Notes: a model not told the origin generated them from the sequence alone. A stretch of DNA of 64,000 bases from an uncultured Gammaproteobacteria bacterium (GCA_913054495.1 CAJXIY010000003.1:471-64470), one strand, 5' to 3'. Numbered from the stretch's first letter, positions 30,266 through 39,971 are shown. Numbers and translations are program-made.

Positions 30266-30268
30266 TTA

Positions 30269-30919
30269 TCAGTCATGGCAATGAAACCGAACCGTGTCGG
30301 TACCACTGCCAAGGTTTTGCACAATAGCTCCAGAGGACGTGGCACCGGCATTCGCCATGCGTCGTCTACGGTCGTCCATGTAAGCAGCAAACAACAGCTG
30401 CGACTCTTCCGCCAGAAATGAGTCGATGTCGCTGCGTACGACACCATAGTACTTCTCGATGAAGTTCAACGTCAGCTGCTGTCTTCTAGAATAGGCGCCA
30501 AGTGCCTCTTTTATCCTGTCATCGCCTGTTAGCTCGGATCGATCCCAGGCCCGACACATGGCGCGTATATTTGCCATCTCACTGTCATTGATGAAACCGC
30601 GTGCATTGGACAGGGTGATGAAAATATTCTGTAGCTGGTTTTCATTCACGCCCAGTCGCCGTTGTGTCAATTCCGGTGAGCTGGCAATCTCCTGCATCAA
30701 CCTGTTGAGGACCGCACGGTCTAGCTCTTGCTGCGCCAGAGTGGGGGCGATGACTTTCAACTCCCTGGGCGTGCCCAGACGGATGTCTTCTATGTCTCGC
30801 GCGGGGTTGATAAGACCGTCGATCACGATCGCGCTCGATGTCACTGGATCTTCCTGCGCCACAGAATTGAAGGCGATGAAAATCAGTAGCAGAGGAATAT
30901 AGTGTCGCTGCGACATCAA
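30269..30919 (-). CDS. secreted hypothetical protein
   Basis: 216 aa with a signal peptide. Its stop lies 3 nt from the crotonase start, so the two look operon-linked. I recognised no motif. Confidence 0.55.
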   Translation of the reverse strand: MMSQRHYIPLLLIFIAFNSVAQEDPVTSSAIVIDGLINPARDIEDIRLGTPRELKVIAPTLAQQELDRAVLNRLMQEIASSPELTQRRLGVNENQLQNIFITLSNARGFINDSEMANIRAMCRAWDRSELTGDDRIKEALGAYSRRQQLTLNFIEKYYGVVRSDIDSFLAEESQLLFAAYMDDRRRRMANAGATSSGAIVQNLGSGTDTVRFHCHD

Positions 30920-30987
30920 TTCAGGGCGCCGAATACACGCCAGGCAAACCCCGGCCGAGCCGTAGAACCATCCTCTGCCTGGCCGGT

Positions 30988-32589
30988 CTAACGCCCACGT
31001 TGAATGAAGCTTGCTTCGATCTGGGGATATTCTATGCCCAGTTGATCGAGGTAGTTGTCGAAGCGGGCGGGGTCGTAATAAAGGGCTTCTAACTGGTCTT
31101 TGAACAGGGCCATCGTCTCCGCATTTTTTTCGATGGCCGGATCATCATCTGGACCGACAAAGGATTCATATTGTACGTCCTTGGTCTGTATATCGTCGAA
31201 ATAGGCATGCGCCTCTGCCACCAGTGATTCATCCTGCAGCAGATCCAGCATGGTGGCACCGACTACCTTGGCCCCGGCCGTCGCCCCCTTGTGCGCGATA
31301 GGCGTCGCCATCGCCATAGCGCTGGACCAGTGGTGCCCCTGCAGGCCCCTGACATTAGATGGATAACGCAGGGTCACGGTAGGCACATTCCAGGAAATAT
31401 CCCCGATATCATCGGAGCCACCGGAGACAGGATTTTCCAGAGGTTCACCGATGTCGGAAAGTTCGGTGGCGAGGCCCTGGGGATCGTCAGAACCCATCAG
31501 GGTTTGCAGGGCCTTGGCGAAGCGTTGATCGTCCTCCGACCAGGTCGGCAGGCCCACGGCCCTGATGTTTTCGTCCATCGCCAGGGCGATGGGTTTGTTA
31601 AAGTGGCGAGGCCAGGCAGCACCGACGACGCGACGGCTCACCGTGGTGTCGGTCATCATGGCGGCACCCTCGGCAATACGTTGCAGGGTATCCCAATTAG
31701 TGCGAATGCCTTCGGCGGTGATTTCCCGAATGAAGTACCAGACGCTGGCATAGGAGGGCACCACATTGGGTTGATCGCCACCATTGCTGATGACATAGTG
31801 TGAGCGTTGCAGTGGTTGCAGATGTTCGCGACGGAAATTCCAGCCCACGTTCATCAGTTCCACCGCATCCAGCGCACTGCGGCCCTTCCACGGGTCACCG
31901 GCGCCATGGGCAGCGACGCCATCAAACAAATACTCTACAGAAATCAGTCCGGTGCCGCGGGCGTCGCCCCAGCTGACATTCAGGTTATTGGAAACGTGGG
32001 TGAAGAGCACCGCATCTACGCCGTCGAAGAGACCATCGCGGGCATACCAGGCCTTGGTGCCGAGTAGCTCTTCGGCGATGCCCGGCCATAGAACAATTGT
32101 GCCAGGCAGGCCTTGCCGTTGCATAATTTCCTTCACCGCCAGGGCGGCAACGATATTGACGGCCTGACCGGAGTTGTGGCCCTCACCATGTCCCGGTGCA
32201 CCCTCGATCATGGGCTGGCGATAAGCAACGCCAGGCATTTGGGAGGCGCGGGGAATGCCATCGACATCCGATCCCAGAGCGATGACAGGGCTGCCGCTGC
32301 CCCAGCTGGCCCACCATGAGGAGGGAATGCCGGCGACACCGAGTTCGATGTCGAAGCCATTCTCCGCCAGGATGCCGGTGAGATAAGCCTGAGTCTGAAA
32401 TTCCTGAAAACCCAGTTCGGAGAAAGAGAAGAGGCTGTCGACTATCACCTGGGTCAGCTTCGACATAGAGTCGACAGCGCTAGCCATGTCTGCTTTCAGA
32501 TCGGTGAAACCCGAAGTGGATTGCGCTTGGGCGAAGTTGCCCATGGCCGAGGCAAAAATACAGATTGAGAGAGATCTGAAAATTTTCAT
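30988..32589 (-). CDS. M20-family amidohydrolase (AbgB-like), secreted
   Basis: 533 aa with a signal peptide. The metal-site segment GAPGHGEGHNSG and the overall M20D pattern are present. Confidence 0.75.
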   Translation of the reverse strand: MKIFRSLSICIFASAMGNFAQAQSTSGFTDLKADMASAVDSMSKLTQVIVDSLFSFSELGFQEFQTQAYLTGILAENGFDIELGVAGIPSSWWASWGSGSPVIALGSDVDGIPRASQMPGVAYRQPMIEGAPGHGEGHNSGQAVNIVAALAVKEIMQRQGLPGTIVLWPGIAEELLGTKAWYARDGLFDGVDAVLFTHVSNNLNVSWGDARGTGLISVEYLFDGVAAHGAGDPWKGRSALDAVELMNVGWNFRREHLQPLQRSHYVISNGGDQPNVVPSYASVWYFIREITAEGIRTNWDTLQRIAEGAAMMTDTTVSRRVVGAAWPRHFNKPIALAMDENIRAVGLPTWSEDDQRFAKALQTLMGSDDPQGLATELSDIGEPLENPVSGGSDDIGDISWNVPTVTLRYPSNVRGLQGHHWSSAMAMATPIAHKGATAGAKVVGATMLDLLQDESLVAEAHAYFDDIQTKDVQYESFVGPDDDPAIEKNAETMALFKDQLEALYYDPARFDNYLDQLGIEYPQIEASFIQRGR

Positions 32590-32698
32590 GGAGACACCTA
32601 TAAAAGCCGAATTGAGCGGCCAAGATTACGATGTTTTCCTATCCTGCGCCATAGAAAAAGGACCTCAGCTCGATCCTCAGCAGTGGCGCCCTATATTG

Positions 32699-33109
32699 TC
32701 ACCAGATGCCGAGCACCACCCCCATTAGGGTCAGTGCTACCGTGCAATAGCCCGCGTCGATCAGGTAGGCTTTCATGGATCGGTTCTCGAATAAGTAGAG
32801 GATTCCTAGAAACATGGAAACCCAACCGAAGCCGGTGAAAAAGCCTGCGGTGGCGCCGAAGCCAACATTGGCCTGGGCGCCGATAAACATCTCCAGGTTA
32901 ATGGACGCGATCAGCGCCAGAGCCAAGGCACCGCCGAAGACCATGGGCATGTTGCGACCTGCCAATTCTTCCTCGGTGAATCCGAAGGCATTCATCCAGG
33001 CCTTGCCAAACAATGGCCCATACCAGAGTCCACCAACCAGGAAACTTGAAACCGCCGCTGCCAGTACTGAGAGCCAGTTAATATTTGAAAATGCGACTGC
33101 CATATCCAT
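32699..33109 (-). CDS. DUF1761-like small membrane protein
   Basis: 136 aa with 4 hydrophobic segments. N-terminal NWLSVLAAAVSSFLVGGLWYGPLFGKAW is characteristic of the family. Confidence 0.6.
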   Translation of the reverse strand: MDMAVAFSNINWLSVLAAAVSSFLVGGLWYGPLFGKAWMNAFGFTEEELAGRNMPMVFGGALALALIASINLEMFIGAQANVGFGATAGFFTGFGWVSMFLGILYLFENRSMKAYLIDAGYCTVALTLMGVVLGIW

Positions 33110-33114
33110 CGTTG

Positions 33115-34680
33115 TTACCCCCTCAGTTTTCTTTCTTTTTCTACCAATATGCGACGCAGGATTTTTCCGGACGCCGATTTAGGAATTTCATCCACTATTT
33201 CCACCTTGCGAATCTTCTTGTGTGGTGCCACCGCCTCGGCGACAAACTTCATAATCTCTTCTGGACTGATTTCTTGCTTCAGCACCACGAAGGCTTTGGG
33301 GATTTCGCCGGCTTCCTCGTCGGGGCTGGGAATAACCGCCGCATCGGCGATAGCACTGTGACTGAGCAACAGAGCTTCTAGTTCGGCGGGTGCGACCTGG
33401 TAGCCTTTGTACTTGATCAGTTCCTTGATGCGGTCGACGATATAGAAGTAGCCGTCTTCGTCGGCATAGCCAATATCGCCGGTGTGATACCAGCCCTCGG
33501 CGTCGATGCTGGCGGCCGTCGCTTCGGTGTTGTTTAAATAACCAACCATGATGTGGGGCCCGCAGACCCACACTTCCCCTCTCTCGTTCGGACCCAGATC
33601 TGCACCGGTTTCCGTGTCTATGATTCTCGCCAGGGTGTTGGGCAACACTGGCCCCACGGTGCCGGGCTTTTGCTTCGATGCCACGGCAGGGCTTATATGA
33701 CAGGCACCGGCAACCTCGGTGAGGCCGTAACCCTGATAGATGAGACAATTGAGCCGTGTGGCGCAGGCCTGTTCTAGTTCTTCGCCCAGGGGCGCCGCGC
33801 CACAACCAATAATTCTGACACTGGACAGATCATAGTTGTCGACCGACGGATGTTTAGCCAGGGCCAGTACCAGCGGTGGTACCAGGTTGAGGTTGGTAAT
33901 TTTATAGTCCTGTACCAGTTGCAGGAATTGCTCGAGTTCGAAGCGGGGTATTGTCACCAGAGTGGCGCCGCGATATACACTCAGATTCAATATCAACACC
34001 ATGCCGTAGATGTGGAAGAATGGCAGCACGCCGATGGCGCTGTCGCTCTCATCGATTGGATTGGACTGGCAGGACAGGACCATATTCGAGATCAGATTTT
34101 CGTGAGTGAGCATGACGCCTTTCGATAAACCGGTGGTGCCGCTGGAGTAGGGCAGTGCCACCAGGTCGGCCTTTGGATCTATTTCAACTACGGGGGCATG
34201 TCCGTCGTTGTCGAGCAGTTCTGAAAATGGCGTGATGCCTTCCGCCTCACCGAGGACGAAGATCTCCTCTATGCCACATGCCTCGGCGGCGGGCAAGGCA
34301 CGGTCGAGAAAATCGGGAATAGTCAGCAGGAAACGGGCACCGGAATCATTAAACTGGTGAATCAAATCGGCGCAGGAATAGAGGGAATTGACCGTGGTGT
34401 TGACACCGCCGATGGCAGCGACTCCCAGGAAGACCACCGCGTATTCGGGAACGTTCGGAATGAAAATGGCAAATACATCACCTTTCCTGAAGCCTCGCCG
34501 ATGCAGGCCCGCCGCCAGTCGATTGACCTGCTCACGCAGTTGCAGGTAACTGAGACTTCTGCCCGTTGGTCCGTCGATGAGCGCCGCTTTGTCTCCCAAC
34601 TCGTCGACTCGGGAAAGCACCACCGAAGTCAGGTCTGACTCGGGAATATCGATATCGGCGTGCTGGCTCTTGAAAATCAC
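33115..34680 (-). CDS. 4-coumarate-CoA ligase-like / acyl-CoA synthetase (adenylate-forming)
   Basis: 521 aa with a GTG start. AMP-binding motif YSSGTTGLSKGV. C-terminal motifs GWYHTGD and SASGKILRR. Confidence 0.85.
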   Translation of the reverse strand: MIFKSQHADIDIPESDLTSVVLSRVDELGDKAALIDGPTGRSLSYLQLREQVNRLAAGLHRRGFRKGDVFAIFIPNVPEYAVVFLGVAAIGGVNTTVNSLYSCADLIHQFNDSGARFLLTIPDFLDRALPAAEACGIEEIFVLGEAEGITPFSELLDNDGHAPVVEIDPKADLVALPYSSGTTGLSKGVMLTHENLISNMVLSCQSNPIDESDSAIGVLPFFHIYGMVLILNLSVYRGATLVTIPRFELEQFLQLVQDYKITNLNLVPPLVLALAKHPSVDNYDLSSVRIIGCGAAPLGEELEQACATRLNCLIYQGYGLTEVAGACHISPAVASKQKPGTVGPVLPNTLARIIDTETGADLGPNERGEVWVCGPHIMVGYLNNTEATAASIDAEGWYHTGDIGYADEDGYFYIVDRIKELIKYKGYQVAPAELEALLLSHSAIADAAVIPSPDEEAGEIPKAFVVLKQEISPEEIMKFVAEAVAPHKKIRKVEIVDEIPKSASGKILRRILVEKERKLRG

Positions 34681-34743
34681 TTGTTATTATCACCTTAGCA
34701 GTAGCCCGGAGGCTTATTGTGGAGTTTCCAGCGCAACAAATCT

Positions 34744-34777
34744 AGGGAGCCTCTGACTAAATGGTCAGAGGCTCCCT
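34744..34777 (-). terminator. hairpin downstream of the GNAT gene (probable intrinsic terminator)
   Basis: Perfect 14-bp stem AGGGAGCCTCTGAC / GTCAGAGGCTCCCT with a 6-nt loop. On the minus strand it is followed by a TTTGTT-containing tract. Confidence 0.55.
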
Positions 34778-34823
34778 GCACAACAATTCATTTCATTCGC
34801 GCATCGACAATGCTAATTCTGCA

Positions 34824-35327
34824 TCAAAGTATAGCGAATGCAGGATGATAGCGAATTGTGCCGTGTACATTATCCAGATAGCCGCGACGAATTTCGGTGG
34901 CCATAAACACCTCATCCGGGACATCGTATTCACTACGGATTTCAAATTGACTTGCGGGAATAAATCCGAATCTGGGGTAATACTCGGGATGGCCTAACAC
35001 CACCACCGCACCAATCCCGGCATGCTCGCATTGCTTCAGTCCCGCCTCGACCAGGGCGGAGCCTATGGCCTGTTTTTGATTTTCAGGACACACTGCCATC
35101 GGCGCTAAACCCATCAGTTTCAAATGGTGCTCCGAGCCCAGAATTACCGGTGAGAAAAAAATGTGACCGACGATTCTACTCTCTTCCTCCGCGACCAGGG
35201 AAATGAAAGAATCTGTAGATTCCCGCAGCCGATTCACCAGTTCGGCTTCGGCCGAGGTGGGGAAGGCGGCAACATTAACCGCGTACACCAACTCCATGTC
35301 AGCATCTGTTTCCGACCTAGTGCGCAT
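34824..35327 (-). CDS. GNAT-family N-acetyltransferase
   Basis: The start is taken at MRTRSETDAD (ATG 35327). An acetyl-CoA-binding-type segment, QKQAIGSALVEAGL, is present. The longer ORF to 35441 overlaps the upstream gene. Confidence 0.7.
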   Translation of the reverse strand: MRTRSETDADMELVYAVNVAAFPTSAEAELVNRLRESTDSFISLVAEEESRIVGHIFFSPVILGSEHHLKLMGLAPMAVCPENQKQAIGSALVEAGLKQCEHAGIGAVVVLGHPEYYPRFGFIPASQFEIRSEYDVPDEVFMATEIRRGYLDNVHGTIRYHPAFAIL

Positions 35328-35748
35328 TGAGATCGGGGATGCCGAAGTGGTGGCTGTTGAGTTCAAATCCTTCCCGCAGGTAGAACTTGTGTGCGGCGAA
35401 GCGTTGTACGCCGGAATCCAGGTGCAGTTGTTGGCAACCATGTTCTCTAGCGTGGTTTTTGAGCCAGTCCATAAGAAATTTTCCGGCGCCCGTGGATCTT
35501 ACCGCTGCGCCGGTGACGAGGTCGTCAACATAAATATGTTTTTGCCAGGCCAGTTTGTTGCACATAACGAATCCTGCCACGCATAACACGACATCGTCTT
35601 TTTCTACGTAGGCTATCTGATAGCCTTCGGCTTGCTGCAAGCGAATCTGGTCGATCAGACTGTCTTCATCGTATTGGCTTCTGAGTTGTAGCAGCACCGA
35701 GCTGATTTTTCTTAGCTCTGCTTCAGAGCTGGCGATTTTGACTTCCAT
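35317..35748 (-). CDS. GNAT-family N-acetyltransferase
   Basis: 143 aa with a RSTGAGKFLMDWL acetyl-CoA-binding-type segment. Its 3' end overlaps the next GNAT start by 11 nt. Confidence 0.75.
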   Translation of the reverse strand: MEVKIASSEAELRKISSVLLQLRSQYDEDSLIDQIRLQQAEGYQIAYVEKDDVVLCVAGFVMCNKLAWQKHIYVDDLVTGAAVRSTGAGKFLMDWLKNHAREHGCQQLHLDSGVQRFAAHKFYLREGFELNSHHFGIPDLNAH

Positions 35749-35811
35749 AATAAACCCTCTTGATGTTGTCTTTATGCGCCGGTTTGGCGCTCAGCTCAGT
35801 ATTGCCCTTAC

Positions 35812-36465
35812 TTAAGTAGCTACGCCTGCAAGCAAGCCACTGGCGGCGATGCCATCGAAAATAAATTGCACCGCGAGTGCCGACAGCAACACTCCAAAAA
35901 TACGAGTGACCACATGCATGCCGGTGACACCGAGGAATTGTTGAATCTCGGAGGCCAATATCAGCATGGCCAGTGTCACCAGTAGTATGGCGATCAACGA
36001 TGCGATGACCGCCGCTTGCAACACCGGTTCTCCTTCTGCATTCGCCATTAAAAGGATGACTGCACCGAGGGCACCGGGGCCGGCTATTAGCGGTGTGGCC
36101 AGGGGGAACACGGAAATATCCTGTTTCGACTGTGCTTCCTTCTCTTCTTCGTCGGTGGTGGAAGTACTACCGGAGGAGCGGGCAAACACCAGGTCGATGC
36201 CTATCAGCAGCAAGAGGATACCGCCGCCGGTGCGCAGGGCGGCCAGGGAGATGCCGAGACCGGCCAATAAGAAGTCCCCAACCAGGGCGAACAACAATAG
36301 GATCGACCCTGCGATCAAGGTGCCTCGCACTGCCATCTGTCGACGTCGCTTGCGCGACACGGCACTTGTTAACGCCGCATACATCGCAGCCACATCCAAG
36401 GGCCCGATGGTGGCGAAGAAAGTAGCGAAGGCAACGCCGGCAGTTTCAATGACTAATTCATTCAT
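35812..36465 (-). CDS. MarC-family (UPF0056) integral membrane protein
   Basis: 217 aa with 6 hydrophobic segments. The N-terminal FATIGPLDVAAMYAALT pattern is present. Confidence 0.7.
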   Translation of the reverse strand: MNELVIETAGVAFATFFATIGPLDVAAMYAALTSAVSRKRRRQMAVRGTLIAGSILLLFALVGDFLLAGLGISLAALRTGGGILLLLIGIDLVFARSSGSTSTTDEEEKEAQSKQDISVFPLATPLIAGPGALGAVILLMANAEGEPVLQAAVIASLIAILLVTLAMLILASEIQQFLGVTGMHVVTRIFGVLLSALAVQFIFDGIAASGLLAGVAT

Positions 36466-36481
36466 TTTCGGACTCTATCTA

Positions 36482-37177
36482 CTAATCTGCCAGTGCAAAG
36501 CGTATTGCCTGTTGCGCATGTATCTCGGTGGTGTCGTACAAGGGAACCGGAGTATGGGCTTGTTGTACCAACAGCGCAATCTCGGTGCATCCTAGAATTA
36601 CGGCTTCTGCGCCCTGCTGTTTCAGCTTGTCGATAATATTCACATAACTGGAGCGTGAGCCATCTTCGATTTTTCCCATGCAGAGTTCGGTGTAGATCAC
36701 TTCGTGAACCAGCTTGCGGTCTTCTGCGTCCGGTATCACGACCTCTATAGCAAATTTCTCGGTGAGTCTGCGTTTGTAAAAATCCTCTTCCATGGTGAAT
36801 TGGGTGCCGAGCAGGCCAACACATTTAATCCGGTCCCGTACCAGCTGCTCGGCGGTGGCATCGGCAATATGCAGTAAGGGGATGGAGATTGCCTGTTCTA
36901 TCTGCGGTGAAACCTTGTGCATGGTGTTGGTGCAGATGAGTAGGAAGTCAGCACCGGCCGCTTCCACCGACTTCGCCGCAGCAGCGAGGAGTTGCGCCAT
37001 CTGCTCCCAGTCCCCTGCGTGTTGCAGTTTCTCTATTTCATTGAAATCAACACTCACCATGGCGATCCTGGCGGAGTGAAAGCCGCCGAGGGCAGATTTA
37101 ATGCCCTCATTCAAAACCCGATAATAAGTTGCAGTCGATTCCCAACTCATGCCACCGAGCATGCCTATAGTTTTCAT
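36482..37177 (-). CDS. aspartate/glutamate racemase-family protein
   Basis: 231 aa. The two catalytic Cys contexts, LICTNTMH and LGCTEI, are typical of Asp/Glu racemases. Confidence 0.8.
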   Translation of the reverse strand: MKTIGMLGGMSWESTATYYRVLNEGIKSALGGFHSARIAMVSVDFNEIEKLQHAGDWEQMAQLLAAAAKSVEAAGADFLLICTNTMHKVSPQIEQAISIPLLHIADATAEQLVRDRIKCVGLLGTQFTMEEDFYKRRLTEKFAIEVVIPDAEDRKLVHEVIYTELCMGKIEDGSRSSYVNIIDKLKQQGAEAVILGCTEIALLVQQAHTPVPLYDTTEIHAQQAIRFALAD

Positions 37178-37463
37178 TGTAGATCCTTGCTTATGTGTTG
37201 CTTATATAAATTGCACTGTTGCAAATTGAAAAGCCCACCGAGGTGAGCTTTCGTATAAGCGCCATGTCTCACATTAATAATCCGGAGGGTGATTGTCGCT
37301 CTCCAGCAGTGAGAAAAAACCTGCGAATCATGTCATTCGCTCCTGCGGTGTGCGGCGGTAATGAAATCGGTGCTGAAAAAGGGAGGGTATTCTAGTCCGA
37401 AATTGATAGCTACACCATGTTTTCCAGCCTTGAATGGATTAAACTGCCCACGCGAGGCCAGCT

Positions 37464-38213
37464 ATGAGCGACAAACAAGCCCATGAATACCGACCGTTAC
37501 CGCAGAAATCGAACTCACCCAGCCAGGCTCTGTCAATGTTGCTCGCATGCCTGGCCTTGACTGTGTCCGCGGCCGATGAGTCTGCTAATCTGCAGCGGGA
37601 CTTCGTGGATATTCAGCAGGCGATTCCAGGTATCGAGGTAGATGTGCGCTATTTCGGTGAGGATAATTTTGTTGGTGCCCCCATCGATGGCTACGGCGCC
37701 GCTACGGTTTATCTTACTCGAGCAGCGGCAGAGGCTCTGGGGTCAGTGCAAAAACAACTCAGTCGGTTCGGTTTGGGTTTAAAAGTCTTCGATGGCTATC
37801 GTCCCCAGGTGGCGGTCGATCATTTTGTACGCTGGGCCCAGGATCTCAATGATACAAAAATGAAACAGCGCTACTATCCTGCAGTTGACAAGCAGAATCT
37901 GTTTCGTGATGGCTATATAGCAGAACGTTCCGGACACTCCCGCGGTAGCACGGTGGACCTGACGATCACCACCCTGGCCTCCGATGAGGAACTGGATATG
38001 GGAACCGGATGGGATTTTTTTGATGTCATGTCCTGGCCGTCCAGCAACAGGGTGACCGCAGCGCAAGCTGCAAATCGAATGCGACTTCGCACTATAATGC
38101 TTGAAAATGGATTCAGGCCACTGCAGGAAGAATGGTGGCATTTTACTTTGGAGAATGAGCCGTTTCCCGATCGTTATTTTGAATTCGAAATTATTCAGGG
38201 AGCCCTCGATTGA
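37464..38213 (+). CDS. ddpX: D-alanyl-D-alanine dipeptidase (M15D, VanX/DdpX-like), exported
   Basis: 249 aa with zinc-site motifs SGHSRGSTVDL and EWWHF. Confidence 0.85.
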   Translation: MSDKQAHEYRPLPQKSNSPSQALSMLLACLALTVSAADESANLQRDFVDIQQAIPGIEVDVRYFGEDNFVGAPIDGYGAATVYLTRAAAEALGSVQKQLSRFGLGLKVFDGYRPQVAVDHFVRWAQDLNDTKMKQRYYPAVDKQNLFRDGYIAERSGHSRGSTVDLTITTLASDEELDMGTGWDFFDVMSWPSSNRVTAAQAANRMRLRTIMLENGFRPLQEEWWHFTLENEPFPDRYFEFEIIQGALD

Positions 38214-38259
38214 GGGCAGTCAGTTTTCACCAGGCACCGAAAAACTCAGCGGATTAGCT

Positions 38260-38898
38260 ATGCAAAAAATGAGATCCAGAGCGAAAACCCATTTCCCGTC
38301 AGTTCTCCTCACGCTGATTAGCATCATCCAGGCGCTGGCACTGGAGTTGATGTGGTCAAAGATCGTGGAGAGTGATTTTCTCTAGATCTGGGGATTTCCC
38401 GCGCTGATAGGCTGGGGCATGATTGGCGTTAGTTTTCTCGGCATCCTGCAAATATGGATAATGTACTCCACCATGGTGATGGGATTCGTCTGGCAGCCCT
38501 TGCTGCGCGATTCCATTATCCCGTTCGTTATAGGTATTCAGGAATTCCTGTTGATTACCCTGATATCAGAGCAGTTCTCAGCACTGTGGCTGTACGTATT
38601 GGGTTCGCTGTTTGTGATAGCGAACTGGGTTTCCCACAACAGTCTGCGGCGGGCTCGACTCGATCCCGAAAATGAGGCATTTTTCAGCACCATGGAGCCT
38701 GCTACGCTAAAGGATTTCGGCCCCGCCATTGGCATCGTTAGCAGCCTGGTCCTGTTCGGCATCGTGATAGATCTTACTGGTAATCAGAGCTGGATTCCCC
38801 TGGCGGCATTCGCGTTTGTCAATATTATTCTGATTATGCAGATCGAGGGGTCGCGACGCTTGTGGCGACATCTCATGGGCTTGCAGGGGGATGGGTAG
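38260..38898 (+). pseudogene. polytopic membrane protein interrupted by one in-frame TAG (38383-38385)
   Basis: ATG 38260 opens a frame encoding a TM helix. TAG at 38383 is followed in the same frame by IWGFPALIGWGMIG..., which continues into the 159-aa ORF 38419-38898. Alternatively only 38419-38898 is expressed. Confidence 0.5.
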
Positions 38899-38972
38899 AT
38901 TTGGCCTGCTATGCCCGTTCCTGCAGAGGATGCTATGAATAGGAAAATTTTCCTCAGTGTTGGCATACTCGA

Positions 38973-39971
38973 TCAGAAGCTCTCTAACAGCTGCTCCGGT
39001 ATTTCTACTCCTTGCTCGCGGTAATAGCGCAGCGCACCAGGATGTAGAGGCACCTGAATTCCAATCAGCGCTATTTCTATTGCCATCGCCCTGGTGGCAC
39101 TGTGAATCTCCTGCAGTGTCGCCAGGTTGTCCCAGAGTAAGCGGGTCAAGTTGTAGACGATGTCCTCGGGTACATCATCTCGCACCACCAGCACATTCGG
39201 GCTGGCCGCGGTGGTGATGGTTTGTTCCTGATAGGGATAAGTTCCGGCAGCCAATTCATAGCTTTCCCATAAGGGAAACTCCCGATTGATCGTCGCAATT
39301 TCCTCAGCGGAAAAATCCAGGATCGTCATGTCCTCGCCTAACTGGGCATAGGCCTGGGTGATGGCGGTGACGGGCGGTCCGGCGGGGACATTCATGCCGA
39401 CAATATTTCCATCTTGCATGGCACTGCCGGATGCGCCGTATCCCATATAGGCCAGAGAGAACCTTTCTACGTAGTCGATTTCCAACGCATCCAGAATATA
39501 AATTCCTGTTTGTTCTGCTCCAGAATTTCTCATGCCGATGGAGTATCGTCCACCGTCGATATTTCCGAGATCAGCTATAGTGCCAGTTGTCACTAAATCA
39601 CTATGCAGGACGAAGTGTTCTACGTTTGGCCACATCGCGCTGATGCTACGCATATAGGGCTGCGGGTTGCGAATTGGGCCTTCACCATCCCTGGCCCAGG
39701 CGGCAAAAATAGCGAGAATCAGGCCGAACTGGGCCTGGTTATCGCGCAGCAATTTGATGTTTTCCATGGAGCCGGCAGAACTGATCGCGGTGAGGGAAAA
39801 ACCGACTTCTTGCTCGGCGGTGACCAGCGTAGACAGGGCAACGCCTACGGGATAGAAGGTGCCCCCGGTAGTGCCAGTGGTGAGTACATAGGTACGACGG
39901 ACGCCGGACTGGTCGGAGCAGGCGATTAGCAAGCTGGTTAATAGCAGGCAGAGTGATATCAGGCGCAACAA
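38973..39971 (-). CDS. TAXI-family TRAP-type solute-binding lipoprotein
   Basis: 332 aa with lipobox LLIAC. Motifs TTGGTFYPVGVAL and PLHPGALRYYREQG are hallmarks of TAXI receptors. No TRAP membrane component is in the window. Confidence 0.8.
   Translation of the reverse strand: MLRLISLCLLLTSLLIACSDQSGVRRTYVLTTGTTGGTFYPVGVALSTLVTAEQEVGFSLTAISSAGSMENIKLLRDNQAQFGLILAIFAAWARDGEGPIRNPQPYMRSISAMWPNVEHFVLHSDLVTTGTIADLGNIDGGRYSIGMRNSGAEQTGIYILDALEIDYVERFSLAYMGYGASGSAMQDGNIVGMNVPAGPPVTAITQAYAQLGEDMTILDFSAEEIATINREFPLWESYELAAGTYPYQEQTITTAASPNVLVVRDDVPEDIVYNLTRLLWDNLATLQEIHSATRAMAIEIALIGIQVPLHPGALRYYREQGVEIPEQLLESF

Noticed and set aside
33188-36595. ORFs 33188-33805 (alternative frame in the CoA ligase) and 35966-36595 (antisense to MarC)
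   Set aside because: They have low-complexity Arg/Ser/Ala-rich translations and are fully nested in well-supported genes.
38383-38385. In-frame TAG read as a pyrrolysine codon
   Set aside because: No pyl genes are in the window, the gene content points to a proteobacterium, and a membrane protein of this kind is not a known Pyl context. A nonsense mutation or sequencing error is more parsimonious.
38941-38954. 14-bp perfect palindrome AGGAAAATTTTCCT between convergent genes, read as a bidirectional terminator
   Set aside because: It is AT-rich with essentially no loop, so it would form only a 4-5 bp stem. That is too weak to call. It may be a protein-binding site, but there is no supporting context.
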